Shown in pieces: positions 1 through 10,606 of a DNA stretch of 64,000 nt. Below the pieces are notes generated by a model, which saw only the letters and a list, made by a program, of their open reading frames with translations, made no database searches and was not told the DNA's origin. A program made the position numbers and the translations under genes. Every line of letters starts with the position of its first letter. Position 1 is the stretch's first letter. Location of the stretch: the NCBI GenBank assembly GCA_964404825.1, contig CAYOLQ010000002.1, positions 325 to 64,324 of the forward strand, in the 5' to 3' direction. Origin of the DNA: an uncultured Chitinophaga sp. (GTDB lineage: Bacteria; Bacteroidota; Bacteroidia; Bacteroidales; GCA-2748055).

Positions 1-81
1 GTTTCCAAGAAAATTATGAACCTGAATGGAAGCACCGATTATTTTTCCCGTGATGTCTTTATACTTATACTCCTCTGACAT
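1..81 (-). CDS. GxxExxY-family protein, N-terminal fragment (gene continues past the left edge)
   Basis: Reverse-strand ATG at 81..79 translates to MSEEYKYKDITGKIIGASIQVHNFLGN. This resembles the conserved N-terminus of GxxExxY proteins. Only 27 codons are visible. Confidence 0.35.
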   Translation of the reverse strand, partial: MSEEYKYKDITGKIIGASIQVHNFLGN

Positions 82-367
82 TTTGTAATAATCTCAAATT
101 GAAAAATGATTTAAATACTTCTTCCAAACTAATTTGGTGTGAGGCTTTAATACTGCCATTTTATATTAATGTGACAATTGTTCTGAATCTCGCAAAAAAG
201 AGCCGCTTTTTTCATTTATCTTCAAAATCATAATAGAATACATTGCGAGAATTGCAATAAAAAATGCCCGCGAACTCAATCACAGGCATAAATTTCATTT
301 ATAGACCTATTTAAAAATCTACAATATCTGCGTAATCTGCTCAATCCACTTTATCCCGGTCCAGACA

Positions 368-2101
368 TTATTTTAACCACTCACCCACATCCTCCACCGT
401 CACGGTAGTAATCTCCAGCTTATTCTTCTTCCTGTACCCCATCATCTCCTGGTGCAGTTTGCCGGGCTTATCTACTGCTTTAATCTTCGCAACCGTTGTA
501 TACCCCAAAGCCTGCAAAGGCTCTATCCATTCCTCCGGCACCCCCATTGCCAGATACTCCTCCCTCTTGCTCTCCTTCTCTTGCTCTTGCTGTCTCTCCG
601 GTTTCATCTGCGGGAAAAACAAAACATCCTGAATACTCGACTGGTTGGTCATCAGCATTGTAAGTCTGTCCATACCGATTCCCATACCTGATGTGGGGGG
701 CATACCGTATTCCAGTGCCCTGACGAAGTCCATGTCGATAAACATTGCCTCCTCATCACCTTTTTTCGAAAGTTCCAGTTGCGCTTTGAAGCGTTCCAGC
801 TGGTCGATGGGGTCGTTAAGCTCGGTATATGCGTTGCACAACTCTTTCCCGTTTACCATAAGCTCAAATCTTTCGGTGAGTTCCGGATTTTCGCGGTGCT
901 TTTTACAAAGCGGAGACATTTCAACGGGATAATCCTTTATGAAAGTTGGCTGAACATAATGGTGTTCACATTTTTCGCCGAAAATGGTATCGATCAGCTT
1001 TCCTTTGCCCATGGTTTCATTTGACTCAATATGCAGCTGTTTGCAGACTTTTCTAAGCTCCGTTTCATTCATCCTGCTGATATCGATCCCGGTAAATTCC
1101 ATGATTGAATCAATCATACTGATTCTCTTAAACGGACGTTTAAAATCGATTTCCTTTTCACCGAGTTTTACTTTGGTAGTACCATGAAGGTCCATGGCTA
1201 CCTTCTCAATCATTTCTTCGGTAAAATCCATCATCCAGTTGTAGTCTTTGTAGGCTACATAGATTTCCATAACGGTAAATTCAGGATTATGTGTACGATC
1301 CATTCCTTCGTTCCGGAAATCTTTTGAAAATTCATACACTCCCTCATATCCCCCTACAATAAGCCTTTTGAGATAGAGCTCATTTGCAATTCTCAGGTAC
1401 AGAGGGATATCAAGTGCATTGTGATGGCTGATAAAGGGTCTTGCTGTTGCTCCACCCGGAATGGGTTGAAGTATCGGTGTTTCAACCTCCAGATAACCCT
1501 TGCTGTTGAACAACTCGCGGAATGAGTTAAAAATCTGTGTTCTTTTTCTGAAAACTTCCCGTACTTCAGGGTTTACAACCAAATCGACATATCTCTGGCG
1601 ATACCTGAACTCAGGGTCTGTAACTGCATCAAAGAACTGTCCGTCTTTTTCTTTTACAACCGGCAGGGGCCGCAACGATTTACTCAGGAGTTTCAATTCC
1701 TTTACATGAACAGTTAATTCACCCATCTGGGTTATGAATGCGTATCCTGTGATCCCTATAAAATCTCCGATATCAAGATATTTTTTGAAGAGTTCATTAT
1801 AAAGGGATTTATCTTCGCCCGGACAAATTTCATCACGGTTTATGTAAATCTGAATACGTCCCGTATCGTCCATTAACTCAGCGAATGAAGCTTTACCCAT
1901 AATACGGCGGCTCATGAGTCGCCCGGCAATAGTCACATTCTGAAAATTATTTTCTTCCGGTTTGTAAGCATTTTTTATTTCTTCAGCCTTATGCGAAACA
2001 GGAAAAGCTTCCTGCGGATAAGGGTTGATGCCCATTTTTCGTATTTCTTCAAGAGAGTTTCTGCGAACCTGTTCCTGTTCGCTTAAATGCGTCTGGCTCA
2101 T
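368..2101 (-). CDS. lysS: lysine--tRNA ligase (class II)
   Basis: 577 aa. N-terminal OB anticodon-binding region followed by class II core motifs (FRNEG, GMGIGMDRL). The C-terminal ~70-aa extension is usual in Bacteroidota LysS. Confidence 0.95.
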   Translation of the reverse strand: MSQTHLSEQEQVRRNSLEEIRKMGINPYPQEAFPVSHKAEEIKNAYKPEENNFQNVTIAGRLMSRRIMGKASFAELMDDTGRIQIYINRDEICPGEDKSLYNELFKKYLDIGDFIGITGYAFITQMGELTVHVKELKLLSKSLRPLPVVKEKDGQFFDAVTDPEFRYRQRYVDLVVNPEVREVFRKRTQIFNSFRELFNSKGYLEVETPILQPIPGGATARPFISHHNALDIPLYLRIANELYLKRLIVGGYEGVYEFSKDFRNEGMDRTHNPEFTVMEIYVAYKDYNWMMDFTEEMIEKVAMDLHGTTKVKLGEKEIDFKRPFKRISMIDSIMEFTGIDISRMNETELRKVCKQLHIESNETMGKGKLIDTIFGEKCEHHYVQPTFIKDYPVEMSPLCKKHRENPELTERFELMVNGKELCNAYTELNDPIDQLERFKAQLELSKKGDEEAMFIDMDFVRALEYGMPPTSGMGIGMDRLTMLMTNQSSIQDVLFFPQMKPERQQEQEKESKREEYLAMGVPEEWIEPLQALGYTTVAKIKAVDKPGKLHQEMMGYRKKNKLEITTVTVEDVGEWLK

Positions 2102-2123
2102 TTTTATGATGTTGAATTTTTAG

Positions 2124-2131
2124 CAAATATA
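2124..2131 (-). promoter_or_regulatory. candidate Bacteroidota -7 box (TATATTTG) for lysS
   Basis: The reverse complement of caaatata matches TAnnTTTG, about 22 nt upstream of the lysS ATG. Confidence 0.3.
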
Positions 2132-2387
2132 ATTGTTTTAGGGGATTGACCCTAACCTTAAATCTGCCTTTACCAAAGAGAGAAATTTTAACCGGATTTC
2201 TGCATTAAAATTAAAGACCCGGACAAAGAGAATGACTTTACTTTTCTTTTGAAGCTGATTTTTAATTTTTCAGCACATTAAGGTGTATACCGGATGGAAA
2301 TATCGTCAGATTTCAAAAAGAAGAGAATCTTTTTCGGATTAAAACCGGGTTTGACCAAATTAAACGCAATTATTAAAGGGATATTTA

Positions 2388-2395
2388 TACTTTTG
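2388..2395 (+). promoter_or_regulatory. candidate -7 box (TACTTTTG) for recJ
   Basis: Exact TAnnTTTG match about 40 nt upstream of the recJ start. Confidence 0.3.
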
Positions 2396-2435
2396 TAAAG
2401 GTCTGTCGGCACATCCCCTGATATTTGAAAGTAAA

Positions 2436-4157
2436 GTGATTATGGTTAAAAATTGGATTATCAAGCAACAAGGCGATGAAAAAATTATGCAGAATCTCCA
2501 GGAGGTATTGGGGGTGGATCGACCTATTGCAAATATTCTCGGACAACGGGGGATAAAAACTTTTGATGAGGCAAAAGCATTTTTCCGACCCGAACTTACA
2601 CAACTGCATGATCCCTTTTTAATGAAGGATATGGACCGGGCCATTGATAGAATTAACCGTGCCATAATATCCGGCGAGAAAGTTATGATTTATGGGGATT
2701 ACGACGTCGATGGTACCACTGCAGTTGCGCTGACCTTCAACTATTTCAAAGATTTTTTTCCGGATATTGTTTATTATATTCCCGACCGGTATAACGAGGG
2801 GTATGGTATTTCGTTAAAGGGGATTGACTATGCCGCTGCAAACAGCGTCAGGCTTGTAATTGCGCTCGATTGTGGAATTAAAGCAAATGAGAAAATAAAA
2901 TATGCCAATTCAAAAGGGGTTGATTTTATAATTTGCGATCATCATACACCCGGAGCTTCAATTCCGGATGCAATTGCAGTTCTCGATCCAAAGCGTGCAG
3001 ATTGCAATTACCCTTTTAAGGAACTATCCGGCTGTGGGGTAGGTTTTAAACTTATTCAGGCATTCCAGACAACACGAAATTTGCCTTTTGAAGATATCAT
3101 CAAATATCTTGATCTTGTAGTTGTTAGCATTGCTTCCGATATTGTGCCCATTGTTGGTGAAAACCGCGTCCTTTCATTTTTTGGATTAAAACAAATTAAT
3201 GAAAGCCCTTCCACCGGAATCGCCACTCTCATAAAGCTTGCCGGAATCCAAAACAAGGTTATTACAATTGAAGATATCGTTTTCAAAATTGGTCCAAGGA
3301 TTAATGCAGCCGGAAGAATGGAATCCGGAAGCAAATCAGTTGATCTTCTTGTTTCCAGCGACTCCGGAAGTGCAATGCTAATGGGTAACAAGATTAATGA
3401 TTTTAATTCCTCCAGAAGAAGTGTTGACTCCACCATAACACAGGAAGCACTTACCATGATTCAGATGGATGAGTCCATGAAAAACCGGAAATCAACAGTA
3501 CTTTTTAATCCCAACTGGCATAAAGGTGTTATCGGGATTGTTGCTTCCAGATTGATGGATCATTATTACCGGCCTACGGTTATTCTCACACGTTCGAACG
3601 GCTTTGCCACAGGTTCCGCCCGATCAGTAAACGGGTTTGACCTCTATCAGGCAATTGAGGAATGCAGTGATTTGCTTGAGAATTTCGGGGGACACAAATA
3701 CGCGGCAGGACTCACAATGAAACTTAACAATGTAAGTGCTTTTCAGGATCGCTTTGAAAAAGTTGTGCAAAGAACCATTCACCCTGACCAGCTCATTCCT
3801 GTTGTGGAAATTGATACAGAGCTTCATTTGTCCGATATCAATGACAAATTTTTCAGAATACTCATGCAGTTTCAGCCTTTTGGACCGGAGAACATGGCTC
3901 CGGTATTTCTGACCGAAAATGTATCCGATAACGGAAGCGGTAAACCGGTAGGTGTTAATGCCGAACATCTCAAACTCTCACTCGTTCACGAAAAAGATCC
4001 ATACCGGGTTTTTCCTGCAATTGCATTTCAGCAGGGAAAACTTTTCCCGAAAATTTCCGGTGGTCAGGGTTTTGATATCTGTTATTCGCTGGATGAGAAT
4101 GTTTTCAGGGGAGAATCAACGATTCAGATCAATATTAAGGATATTAAGGTTGATTAG
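2436..4157 (+). CDS. recJ: single-stranded-DNA-specific exonuclease RecJ
   Basis: 573 aa. DHH motifs (YGDYDVDGTT, DCG, ICDHH) and a DHHA1 GGH motif (FGGHKYAAG). Confidence 0.9.
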   Translation: MIMVKNWIIKQQGDEKIMQNLQEVLGVDRPIANILGQRGIKTFDEAKAFFRPELTQLHDPFLMKDMDRAIDRINRAIISGEKVMIYGDYDVDGTTAVALTFNYFKDFFPDIVYYIPDRYNEGYGISLKGIDYAAANSVRLVIALDCGIKANEKIKYANSKGVDFIICDHHTPGASIPDAIAVLDPKRADCNYPFKELSGCGVGFKLIQAFQTTRNLPFEDIIKYLDLVVVSIASDIVPIVGENRVLSFFGLKQINESPSTGIATLIKLAGIQNKVITIEDIVFKIGPRINAAGRMESGSKSVDLLVSSDSGSAMLMGNKINDFNSSRRSVDSTITQEALTMIQMDESMKNRKSTVLFNPNWHKGVIGIVASRLMDHYYRPTVILTRSNGFATGSARSVNGFDLYQAIEECSDLLENFGGHKYAAGLTMKLNNVSAFQDRFEKVVQRTIHPDQLIPVVEIDTELHLSDINDKFFRILMQFQPFGPENMAPVFLTENVSDNGSGKPVGVNAEHLKLSLVHEKDPYRVFPAIAFQQGKLFPKISGGQGFDICYSLDENVFRGESTIQINIKDIKVD

Positions 4158-6230
4158 TTAAATCCGAATTTTCAATTGGAGTGTTAGGAAGGAGTCTTTG
4201 ATGTCCTTTACCTGATCATTCCCGCTACCCCATTTTTTGATCCCCGGAAATTGTGAAAGTGCATAACGGGCAGTTAAGTTAAAACCAGGGATTATCTCTG
4301 TTTTAGCCATTAGTATAAACCGTGTTCCTCTCCCGTTAAAAGCCGGAATAGAAAAGCTGTATTGAACATTATTTTCGTAAGCATATATCCGGCTTTCCCA
4401 TCCGGGGATATCATAAATTGCATAACGTATCCATATTTTATATCTGAGGGAGGAGGAAATAAATCCAATATCGTGTCCGGAATAATACCCCAGCTGCGTT
4501 TTCTCCGCTGTTGTCTGGTAACGGCTGAACTCAAGTCTTGACCTGAACCGGAAATTCCTGTTCAACTCATAGTTAAAATCCAGCCTGTACCCGCTCTTAA
4601 TTGCGTTTTGCATAAGGTCTATTCCAGGTGTGCTTTCTGTTGCCCGGGTCTGTGTTACCTCATGCCGGAAACGCATGGTAACAGTGAACTCCCGGCTGGG
4701 GAAAAAAGTCAGATTCAACAGGTAATCGCTTCCAGAAAATGGATTTGTGCTGTTGTATCGAAGAAACGGGAAACTGTAATGATCTGAATACAATTCCACC
4801 TGTAAATATTTCCAGGGATAAAACTGCAATCCAAGGTAATACCCTCTTTCGTTTTTTGTTCCCTGACTTTCACCAAAACCTGATGATCTCATTCCAAGAT
4901 ACTCGGGTTGATAATTTCTGTAAACCATTGATAACCTGACAAGAGGATGTAGTTCAGCCAGTATTCCACCGATAACTGCCATCCTTGCTTTACAGTCTGA
5001 AGCGATTTCACCGAATGCGGAAATTTTCCCCAGACTTATTTTAAAATCACCTGCCAGATTCTGAAGACGCTTTTTTGCCGGAAACACTTCAGTGGTATAG
5101 GCTGTAATATTTCGTTCCCATTCATGACTAAGTGCTTCATTCAGGTAAGTAATTCCACAAACGGCTTTGTTGAGTAATATTTCCAGGTGTCCACCCAAAC
5201 TTGTGCAAACCACTGCATCTTTTTTCTCCAGTTCAGTTGGAGTACGATGCAGTCCTGTGGCATCCAGGGAATTGAAATAAGGTTGTAGTGTGCTATCTGA
5301 AGTCATGTCATGTAGTCTGGCATCTGTTTTCACAGAGGAGGTGAATAAAAATAAATTAAGGTTTTTCCAATTAAGAGAGCTAGCAGTTCCCCTGAAAAAA
5401 TCAGCTTCACCGCATGAGTGGTATTTTTTTATTCCGGTAGTTCCGGGGGATATTAGTACCTGAGATCCTTTACGTGTTCCATAACCGCCAAGGACCAGGC
5501 CCTGACCGAAAGAAGCTTTGAAATCCCCCACAAGTACCTTTTTAATAAATTTTTGTCCTGTGTATTCCAGAAAGACGGAATAAAAATCGGGAGAGAACCT
5601 TTTATTATCCGAAGTGAATGATTCACCGGCATCCTGATCCAATGTAAACCCAAAGTTTAATCTGCCTAATTCTGCCTGATAACGTAATTGCATAGAACGG
5701 TTTTTCCCCATAAATGGTGTAATTCCGGTACTATCGGGAATAAATCCTGTTTTATTCTCTCCTTCAAATCCTGCCTGAAATACTAAGGTCTGATTAAAAT
5801 GCTTTTTTATTTTTGAATTGCCCGTTCCGGAAGTTCCCTTTTGGGAAACACATATAAAAGGAAGAAGCCTGTTTATCAATTGTCTGTCGAATCCGTAAAC
5901 CAGCTGCAATTCATAAACCGATAAAAGTTCCCCATTCTCCCTGATGTAATCCCGTAATGCGAAAATCTGAAACTCGGTAAGCATTCGTAACTGTCTGAGT
6001 TCTTCATCTGATGCAGTATTCAGGTTAATTGGATGATCCAGGAAATGATACAGTTCATCGGCAAGTGCAGAAGGATCGGTTTCTTCATCCCGGGACGAAA
6101 TGTCCTCTTCCAGTATTTCTGAGATTGTGGTAGTGCCGTCGGAAGAAGTATTCTGAGCAAGAACCTTAGTCCCCAGAAAAAAAGTCAAAAATAACAAAAG
6201 CAGGTATCCCGGAAAATGATATCGACACAT
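4158..6230 (-). CDS. exported helix-hairpin-helix (ComEA-like) domain protein fused to a large beta-rich, OM-barrel-like region
   Basis: 690 aa. Signal peptide ending VLAQ, an acidic linker, HhH-like segment NLNTASDEELRQLRMLTEFQIFALRDYI, then ~550 aa of alternating beta-strand-like sequence to the C-terminus. Confidence 0.5.
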   Translation of the reverse strand: MCRYHFPGYLLLLFLTFFLGTKVLAQNTSSDGTTTISEILEEDISSRDEETDPSALADELYHFLDHPINLNTASDEELRQLRMLTEFQIFALRDYIRENGELLSVYELQLVYGFDRQLINRLLPFICVSQKGTSGTGNSKIKKHFNQTLVFQAGFEGENKTGFIPDSTGITPFMGKNRSMQLRYQAELGRLNFGFTLDQDAGESFTSDNKRFSPDFYSVFLEYTGQKFIKKVLVGDFKASFGQGLVLGGYGTRKGSQVLISPGTTGIKKYHSCGEADFFRGTASSLNWKNLNLFLFTSSVKTDARLHDMTSDSTLQPYFNSLDATGLHRTPTELEKKDAVVCTSLGGHLEILLNKAVCGITYLNEALSHEWERNITAYTTEVFPAKKRLQNLAGDFKISLGKISAFGEIASDCKARMAVIGGILAELHPLVRLSMVYRNYQPEYLGMRSSGFGESQGTKNERGYYLGLQFYPWKYLQVELYSDHYSFPFLRYNSTNPFSGSDYLLNLTFFPSREFTVTMRFRHEVTQTRATESTPGIDLMQNAIKSGYRLDFNYELNRNFRFRSRLEFSRYQTTAEKTQLGYYSGHDIGFISSSLRYKIWIRYAIYDIPGWESRIYAYENNVQYSFSIPAFNGRGTRFILMAKTEIIPGFNLTARYALSQFPGIKKWGSGNDQVKDIKDSFLTLQLKIRI

Positions 6231-6306
6231 AATGGCAGGCTGGAATTATGCATATGCAATACAACTATATGTGCCGGAAAACAAAAAATCAGCGTCGGAT
6301 TCGGTT

Positions 6307-7161
6307 TTATTTCAAACGAACCTGCATGGAGAAATGAGGAGTAAACCCAAGAGTTTCATGATGGGAAAATGCCACATCTGCATTTATTCTGCTAATATTA
6401 AATCCGAGTCCGAAGGTGTTCTGAACAGGATGAGTAATAATTCCTGTGCGAAGGAAAAGACCCTTTTGTATCTCATACTCAATACCAGATTTAATACGGA
6501 GTTTTTGAGTGAGACTCTTTTCTGTTTCAAGTGCCATCCATAGTTTTTCGAAAGGGGAGTAGCTGATACCTGCCCGAAGAACAGTTGACAAGGTATCGGT
6601 TTGTACCGGAGCCAGGCGGGAGCGTGTAGGATTGAATACATGAATACCGATGCGAATTGTCTCAAGAGGTTTATACTGAATTCCCCCTTCGACTGTTAAG
6701 GCATAGCGGCTTTCATATTCTCCTGCAACAAAAATATAATGGTAATTTGTTTGAATCCCTGCCGAGAATTTACTGCCAAAATTGCGGCCAAAAGCTAAGC
6801 CCACCTTACTCTCGTTGTATTTTGGAAAACCGAAATATGTATAGGAGAAGCCAATGGTTCCGGGTTTAACTGGAAGAGTAAGGGCAAGGGAATGCAAGGC
6901 GTTTTCGGGAATAATAAATTTATTTTCATGGTGAAATCCAATGCTGAAATGGTGATAATCGCCCAGTCCGGCCTGGTTGTGGCTCAGAGACCAGATATCG
7001 GATTCCATAACAACGGCATTAGCAAGAGCTGCTGGTCTGCTGCCAACAGGGAAATTTTCCTGCGCAATTGATGATAGCGGAAACAATAGGATACAAAGCA
7101 TAAAAATTTCGGGAATATGATTTTCCCAGCAATTTCTATGGTATATCCATCTGAAATTCAA
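6307..7161 (-). CDS. PorV/PorQ-like outer-membrane beta-barrel protein
   Basis: 284 aa. Signal peptide ending SIAQ, GSRPAALANA...NQAGLG motif resembling PorV/PorQ/FadL-like barrels, and a beta-strand-like terminus. An alternative start at 7101 (MLCILL) is likely. Confidence 0.4.
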   Translation of the reverse strand: MNFRWIYHRNCWENHIPEIFMLCILLFPLSSIAQENFPVGSRPAALANAVVMESDIWSLSHNQAGLGDYHHFSIGFHHENKFIIPENALHSLALTLPVKPGTIGFSYTYFGFPKYNESKVGLAFGRNFGSKFSAGIQTNYHYIFVAGEYESRYALTVEGGIQYKPLETIRIGIHVFNPTRSRLAPVQTDTLSTVLRAGISYSPFEKLWMALETEKSLTQKLRIKSGIEYEIQKGLFLRTGIITHPVQNTFGLGFNISRINADVAFSHHETLGFTPHFSMQVRLK

Positions 7162-7670
7162 TTCGTTTTAAATTTGAATTTTATAGATTTCAGCTCCTCA
7201 TTGGCCTGGATTATTTTTTCTTTTAACCCTTCTTTAAAAGAAATTACTCTGCCCATTATTTCCTTATCGCCTGTTGCAAGTATCTGTGCAGCAAGAATTC
7301 CTGCATTTCTGGCGCCATCAAGGCCTACAGTTGCCACAGGGATGCCCGGAGGCATCTGAAGTATTGAGAGTATACTGTCCCATCCATCAATAGAAATAGA
7401 AGAGCGCACCGGAACTCCGATAACTGGCAAAGGGGTGAATGCAGCCATAACTCCAGGAAGATGAGCGGCTCCACCTGCTCCGGCAATGATTACACGTACG
7501 CCTCTTTCAGCCGCAGATTTAGCGAAATCAGCCGCCTGCTCTGGTGTACGATGTGCAGACAAAGCATTGATTTCAAACGGGATCTCGAGTTCGTCAAGAA
7601 CCTTTGCAGCTTCTTTCATCACCGGAAGATCGGAAGTGCTTCCCATTATAATGCTTATTTTAGGGTTCAT
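7158..7670 (-). CDS. purE: 5-(carboxyamino)imidazole ribonucleotide mutase
   Basis: 170 aa. The family shows clearly in IIMGSTSDLPVM, SAHRTP and AGGAAHLPG. Confidence 0.93.
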   Translation of the reverse strand: MNPKISIIMGSTSDLPVMKEAAKVLDELEIPFEINALSAHRTPEQAADFAKSAAERGVRVIIAGAGGAAHLPGVMAAFTPLPVIGVPVRSSISIDGWDSILSILQMPPGIPVATVGLDGARNAGILAAQILATGDKEIMGRVISFKEGLKEKIIQANEELKSIKFKFKTN

Positions 7671-7843
7671 GAGTTTTGTTATTTATTAATGTATCGTATT
7701 TTTAAAAATCAGCTTAAAAATACAAAATAATTGAGAGATGAAGGAATAAATTTGCCACAGAATCTCAGATTAATTATTTTTAATCCGATAAACTGTTGCA
7801 AAGTTTTATTTTGTGGTTTTTTTATGAAAAAGGGTGGATATTT

Positions 7844-8251
7844 TTATCTCCAGATGCCCAGAATAAAACCAATCAGACTGAACCAGACTGTAATAAATCC
7901 CCCGTTAATAAGCATATACTTAAAACTCCTTAGTTCGAATAGCCCGATTACGGCAAATGAAAGTGCTGCCCATCCAAAACCGGCCAGAAAGCCTGCTGTA
8001 AGTCCCCATTGCCAGTCGGTTTTAGCATCACCCAGAAAGAAAGCCAGATTATACGACATTATAAGCGAAAGGATTAGTGTGATTCCGTATGTCTTTAGCA
8101 TATTGGTATTTTTTATTTGCTCATCGCTGAGGCCTGATTCTTTCTTCCAGGCATTAAAAAACAATATTGGTGAATACCAGATTCCGCCTATTACCAGACT
8201 GGTGATTGCACTTACCGCAACGGCAAGATGATTGATGTACATGTCTTCCAT
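7844..8251 (-). CDS. DUF1761-like small membrane protein
   Basis: 135 aa with four hydrophobic helices. The N-terminus (LAVAVSAITSLVIGGIWYSPILF) is typical of DUF1761. Confidence 0.5.
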   Translation of the reverse strand: MEDMYINHLAVAVSAITSLVIGGIWYSPILFFNAWKKESGLSDEQIKNTNMLKTYGITLILSLIMSYNLAFFLGDAKTDWQWGLTAGFLAGFGWAALSFAVIGLFELRSFKYMLINGGFITVWFSLIGFILGIWR

Positions 8252-8429
8252 AGTAGTTTGAAATTTAGGTTAATAACAGATGTTTAACATTTTTTTAACC
8301 TGATTTGTTCATCAATAACAAGGGCAGCAATCCTTTAATTTAAAAGCGTTTTATATACAGCCTTTTTCAGCTCTCCTCCTGACAATAGTCAAAAAATGTT
8401 TACCTTAGCGAAAATTTAATGATAAGTGT

Positions 8430-8972
8430 ATGAAGAGAATAAAGGTCCTCGATAAAGAATTCGAGATTTCCATTCCCTCTGAAAAAATACAGAATAGAAT
8501 TCAGGAACTTGCTGATGAAATTTCCCTCGACCTTAAGGATCAAAACCCGGTGTTTATAGCCATTCTCAATGGTTCGTTTATGTTTGCTGCGGATTTATTC
8601 AAAAAAATTGAAATTGATGCCCAGATAACATTTTTGAAACTGGCTTCATATCAGGGTACCAGCACATCCGGGACTGTTAAGCAACTTATCGGACTGAATC
8701 AGGAAATAAAGGACCAGAATATTGTGATTCTCGAAGACATAGTTGATACAGGAATTACACTTGATACCATCATGCGTCAGCTATCAGGATACCAGCCTGC
8801 ATCGGTGAAAGTTGCCACCCTGCTTTATAAGCCTGAGGCCTGTAAAGCCGATATACCCATTGATTATGTGGGATTTACCATTCCCAATGAATTCATAATC
8901 GGGTACGGTCTCGATTATAATGGCTTTGGCAGAAAATACGAGGATATTTATACCCTTGTGAAAAATGACTGA
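8430..8972 (+). CDS. hpt: hypoxanthine phosphoribosyltransferase
   Basis: 180 aa with PRPP-binding loop VILEDIVDTGITL. Confidence 0.9.
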   Translation: MKRIKVLDKEFEISIPSEKIQNRIQELADEISLDLKDQNPVFIAILNGSFMFAADLFKKIEIDAQITFLKLASYQGTSTSGTVKQLIGLNQEIKDQNIVILEDIVDTGITLDTIMRQLSGYQPASVKVATLLYKPEACKADIPIDYVGFTIPNEFIIGYGLDYNGFGRKYEDIYTLVKND

Positions 8973-9031
8973 GTGAGAGTTCGTATATTTGCATCCCTGA
9001 AAAAATGTATAATCCATAATAATTAGTAAAA

Positions 9032-9604
9032 ATGTTGAATATTGTTTTATTCGGACCTCCGGGTTCCGGCAAAGGAACTCAATCTGAAAGGCTTATTGCT
9101 GCTCATAAACTCGTCCATTTATCAACCGGTGACCTTCTTCGTTCAGAGATTGCCAACAAAAGTGAACTTGGAATCAGGGCGAAAATCATAATGGACAAGG
9201 GAGAGCTTGTATCGGATGAAATCGTGATCGGAATGATTCGTAATAAAATTAACACTAATTTGAATTCCAACGGGTTCATATTCGATGGATTTCCGCGTAC
9301 CGTAGCTCAGGCCGGTGCATTGGATAAGGTGCTTGCGGAGTCAGGAAATAGCATTAGTCTGATGGTTACACTTGAAGTGCCTAATGAGGAAGTGATTCAG
9401 AGGCTTCTCAAAAGAGGGGAGCAAACCGGTCGGGCCGACGATAATATTACAACTATCGAGAACCGTCTGAATGTTTATCTTTGTCAGACTGCACCCGTGA
9501 TGGAATTTTACGAAAAGCAGGGAAAGTACAAACCTGTAAACGGACTGGGCAGTATTGAAGAAATCTTTAACCGTATTGAAGAAAAAATCAGTCTGTCAGA
9601 CTAA
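9032..9604 (+). CDS. adk: adenylate kinase (short-lid form)
   Basis: 190 aa. P-loop GPPGSGKGTQ and the FDGFPRT motif. Confidence 0.95.
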   Translation: MLNIVLFGPPGSGKGTQSERLIAAHKLVHLSTGDLLRSEIANKSELGIRAKIIMDKGELVSDEIVIGMIRNKINTNLNSNGFIFDGFPRTVAQAGALDKVLAESGNSISLMVTLEVPNEEVIQRLLKRGEQTGRADDNITTIENRLNVYLCQTAPVMEFYEKQGKYKPVNGLGSIEEIFNRIEEKISLSD

Positions 9605-9613
9605 ACTTATAAA

Positions 9614-10603
9614 ATGTCCGAAACTAACTTTGTTGATTACGTCACCATTTTTTGCCGGTCAGGCAAGGGAGGAGCCGGCTCAGCGCATCTCCGGAGGGAA
9701 AAGTATATCCCAAAGGGAGGACCTGATGGTGGCGACGGTGGGCGCGGAGGTGATGTGATCCTTCGGGGTAATCCGCAATTATGGACGCTGCTTCACCTGA
9801 AGTATAAAAAACATGTTTTCGCCACCAATGGGGAGAGAGGTTCGAGTGCTTTAAAAACAGGTGCCGACGGAAAGGATGCTATTATCGAGGTGCCACTGGG
9901 AACAGTAGCTAAGGATGCAGATACCGGAGAGGTTCTTTTTGAAATTACCCAGCCCAATGAAGAAAGAATTCTAATGCAGGGAGGACGTGGGGGTCAGGGT
10001 AACAATCACTTTAAAACCCCTACACATCAGACTCCCCGTTTTGCTCAGCCCGGAGAGCCGTCAATTGAAGCCTGGCGAATTCTGGAGTTGAAACTTCTTG
10101 CAGATATCGGACTGGTAGGATTCCCCAATGCAGGAAAATCTACCCTTTTATCTGTACTTTCATCTGCACGGCCCAAAATAGCTGATTATGCATTTACTAC
10201 CCTTACCCCTAACCTGGGAATTGTTCAGTATCGCGACAATTTAAGTTTCGTTATGGCTGATATTCCGGGGATTATAGAAGGAGCAAGTGAAGGGAAAGGC
10301 CTGGGATTAAGATTCCTGAGACATATTGAGAGAAATTCCATGTTGCTGTTTCTGATTTCTGCAGATAGCAAAAACATAAAGGAAGAATACAAAATTCTCA
10401 TGAATGAACTTAAGATTTATAATCCTGAATTGCTTGATAAAAAGCGAATTCTGGCAATTTCCAAATCCGATCTTCTCGATAAGGAACTTAAATCTGAGGT
10501 AAAAAAAGAACTTCCAAAAGTAAAGACAGTATTTATTTCTTCCCTTACTATGGATGGTTTAACAGAATTAAAGGATACAATCTGGAATGCCTTAAACTCA
10601 TAA
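9614..10603 (+). CDS. obg: GTPase Obg/CgtA
   Basis: 329 aa. Glycine-rich Obg fold ([10 protein letters not shown]) followed by G1 GFPNAGKST and G3 DIPG. Confidence 0.95.
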   Translation: MSETNFVDYVTIFCRSGKGGAGSAHLRREKYIPKGGPDGGDGGRGGDVILRGNPQLWTLLHLKYKKHVFATNGERGSSALKTGADGKDAIIEVPLGTVAKDADTGEVLFEITQPNEERILMQGGRGGQGNNHFKTPTHQTPRFAQPGEPSIEAWRILELKLLADIGLVGFPNAGKSTLLSVLSSARPKIADYAFTTLTPNLGIVQYRDNLSFVMADIPGIIEGASEGKGLGLRFLRHIERNSMLLFLISADSKNIKEEYKILMNELKIYNPELLDKKRILAISKSDLLDKELKSEVKKELPKVKTVFISSLTMDGLTELKDTIWNALNS

Positions 10604-10606
10604 TCC

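Noticed and set aside
368-590. C-terminal ~70-aa extension of LysS beyond the class II core.
   Set aside because: To my knowledge, LysS proteins of about 575 aa with such a tail are the norm in Bacteroidota, so it is not unusual for this phylum.
7731-8231. 166-aa plus-strand ORF opposite the DUF1761 gene.
   Set aside because: It has no motifs and is antisense to a membrane-protein ORF with the family-typical N-terminus. Its composition is what is expected from the reverse frame of a hydrophobic gene.
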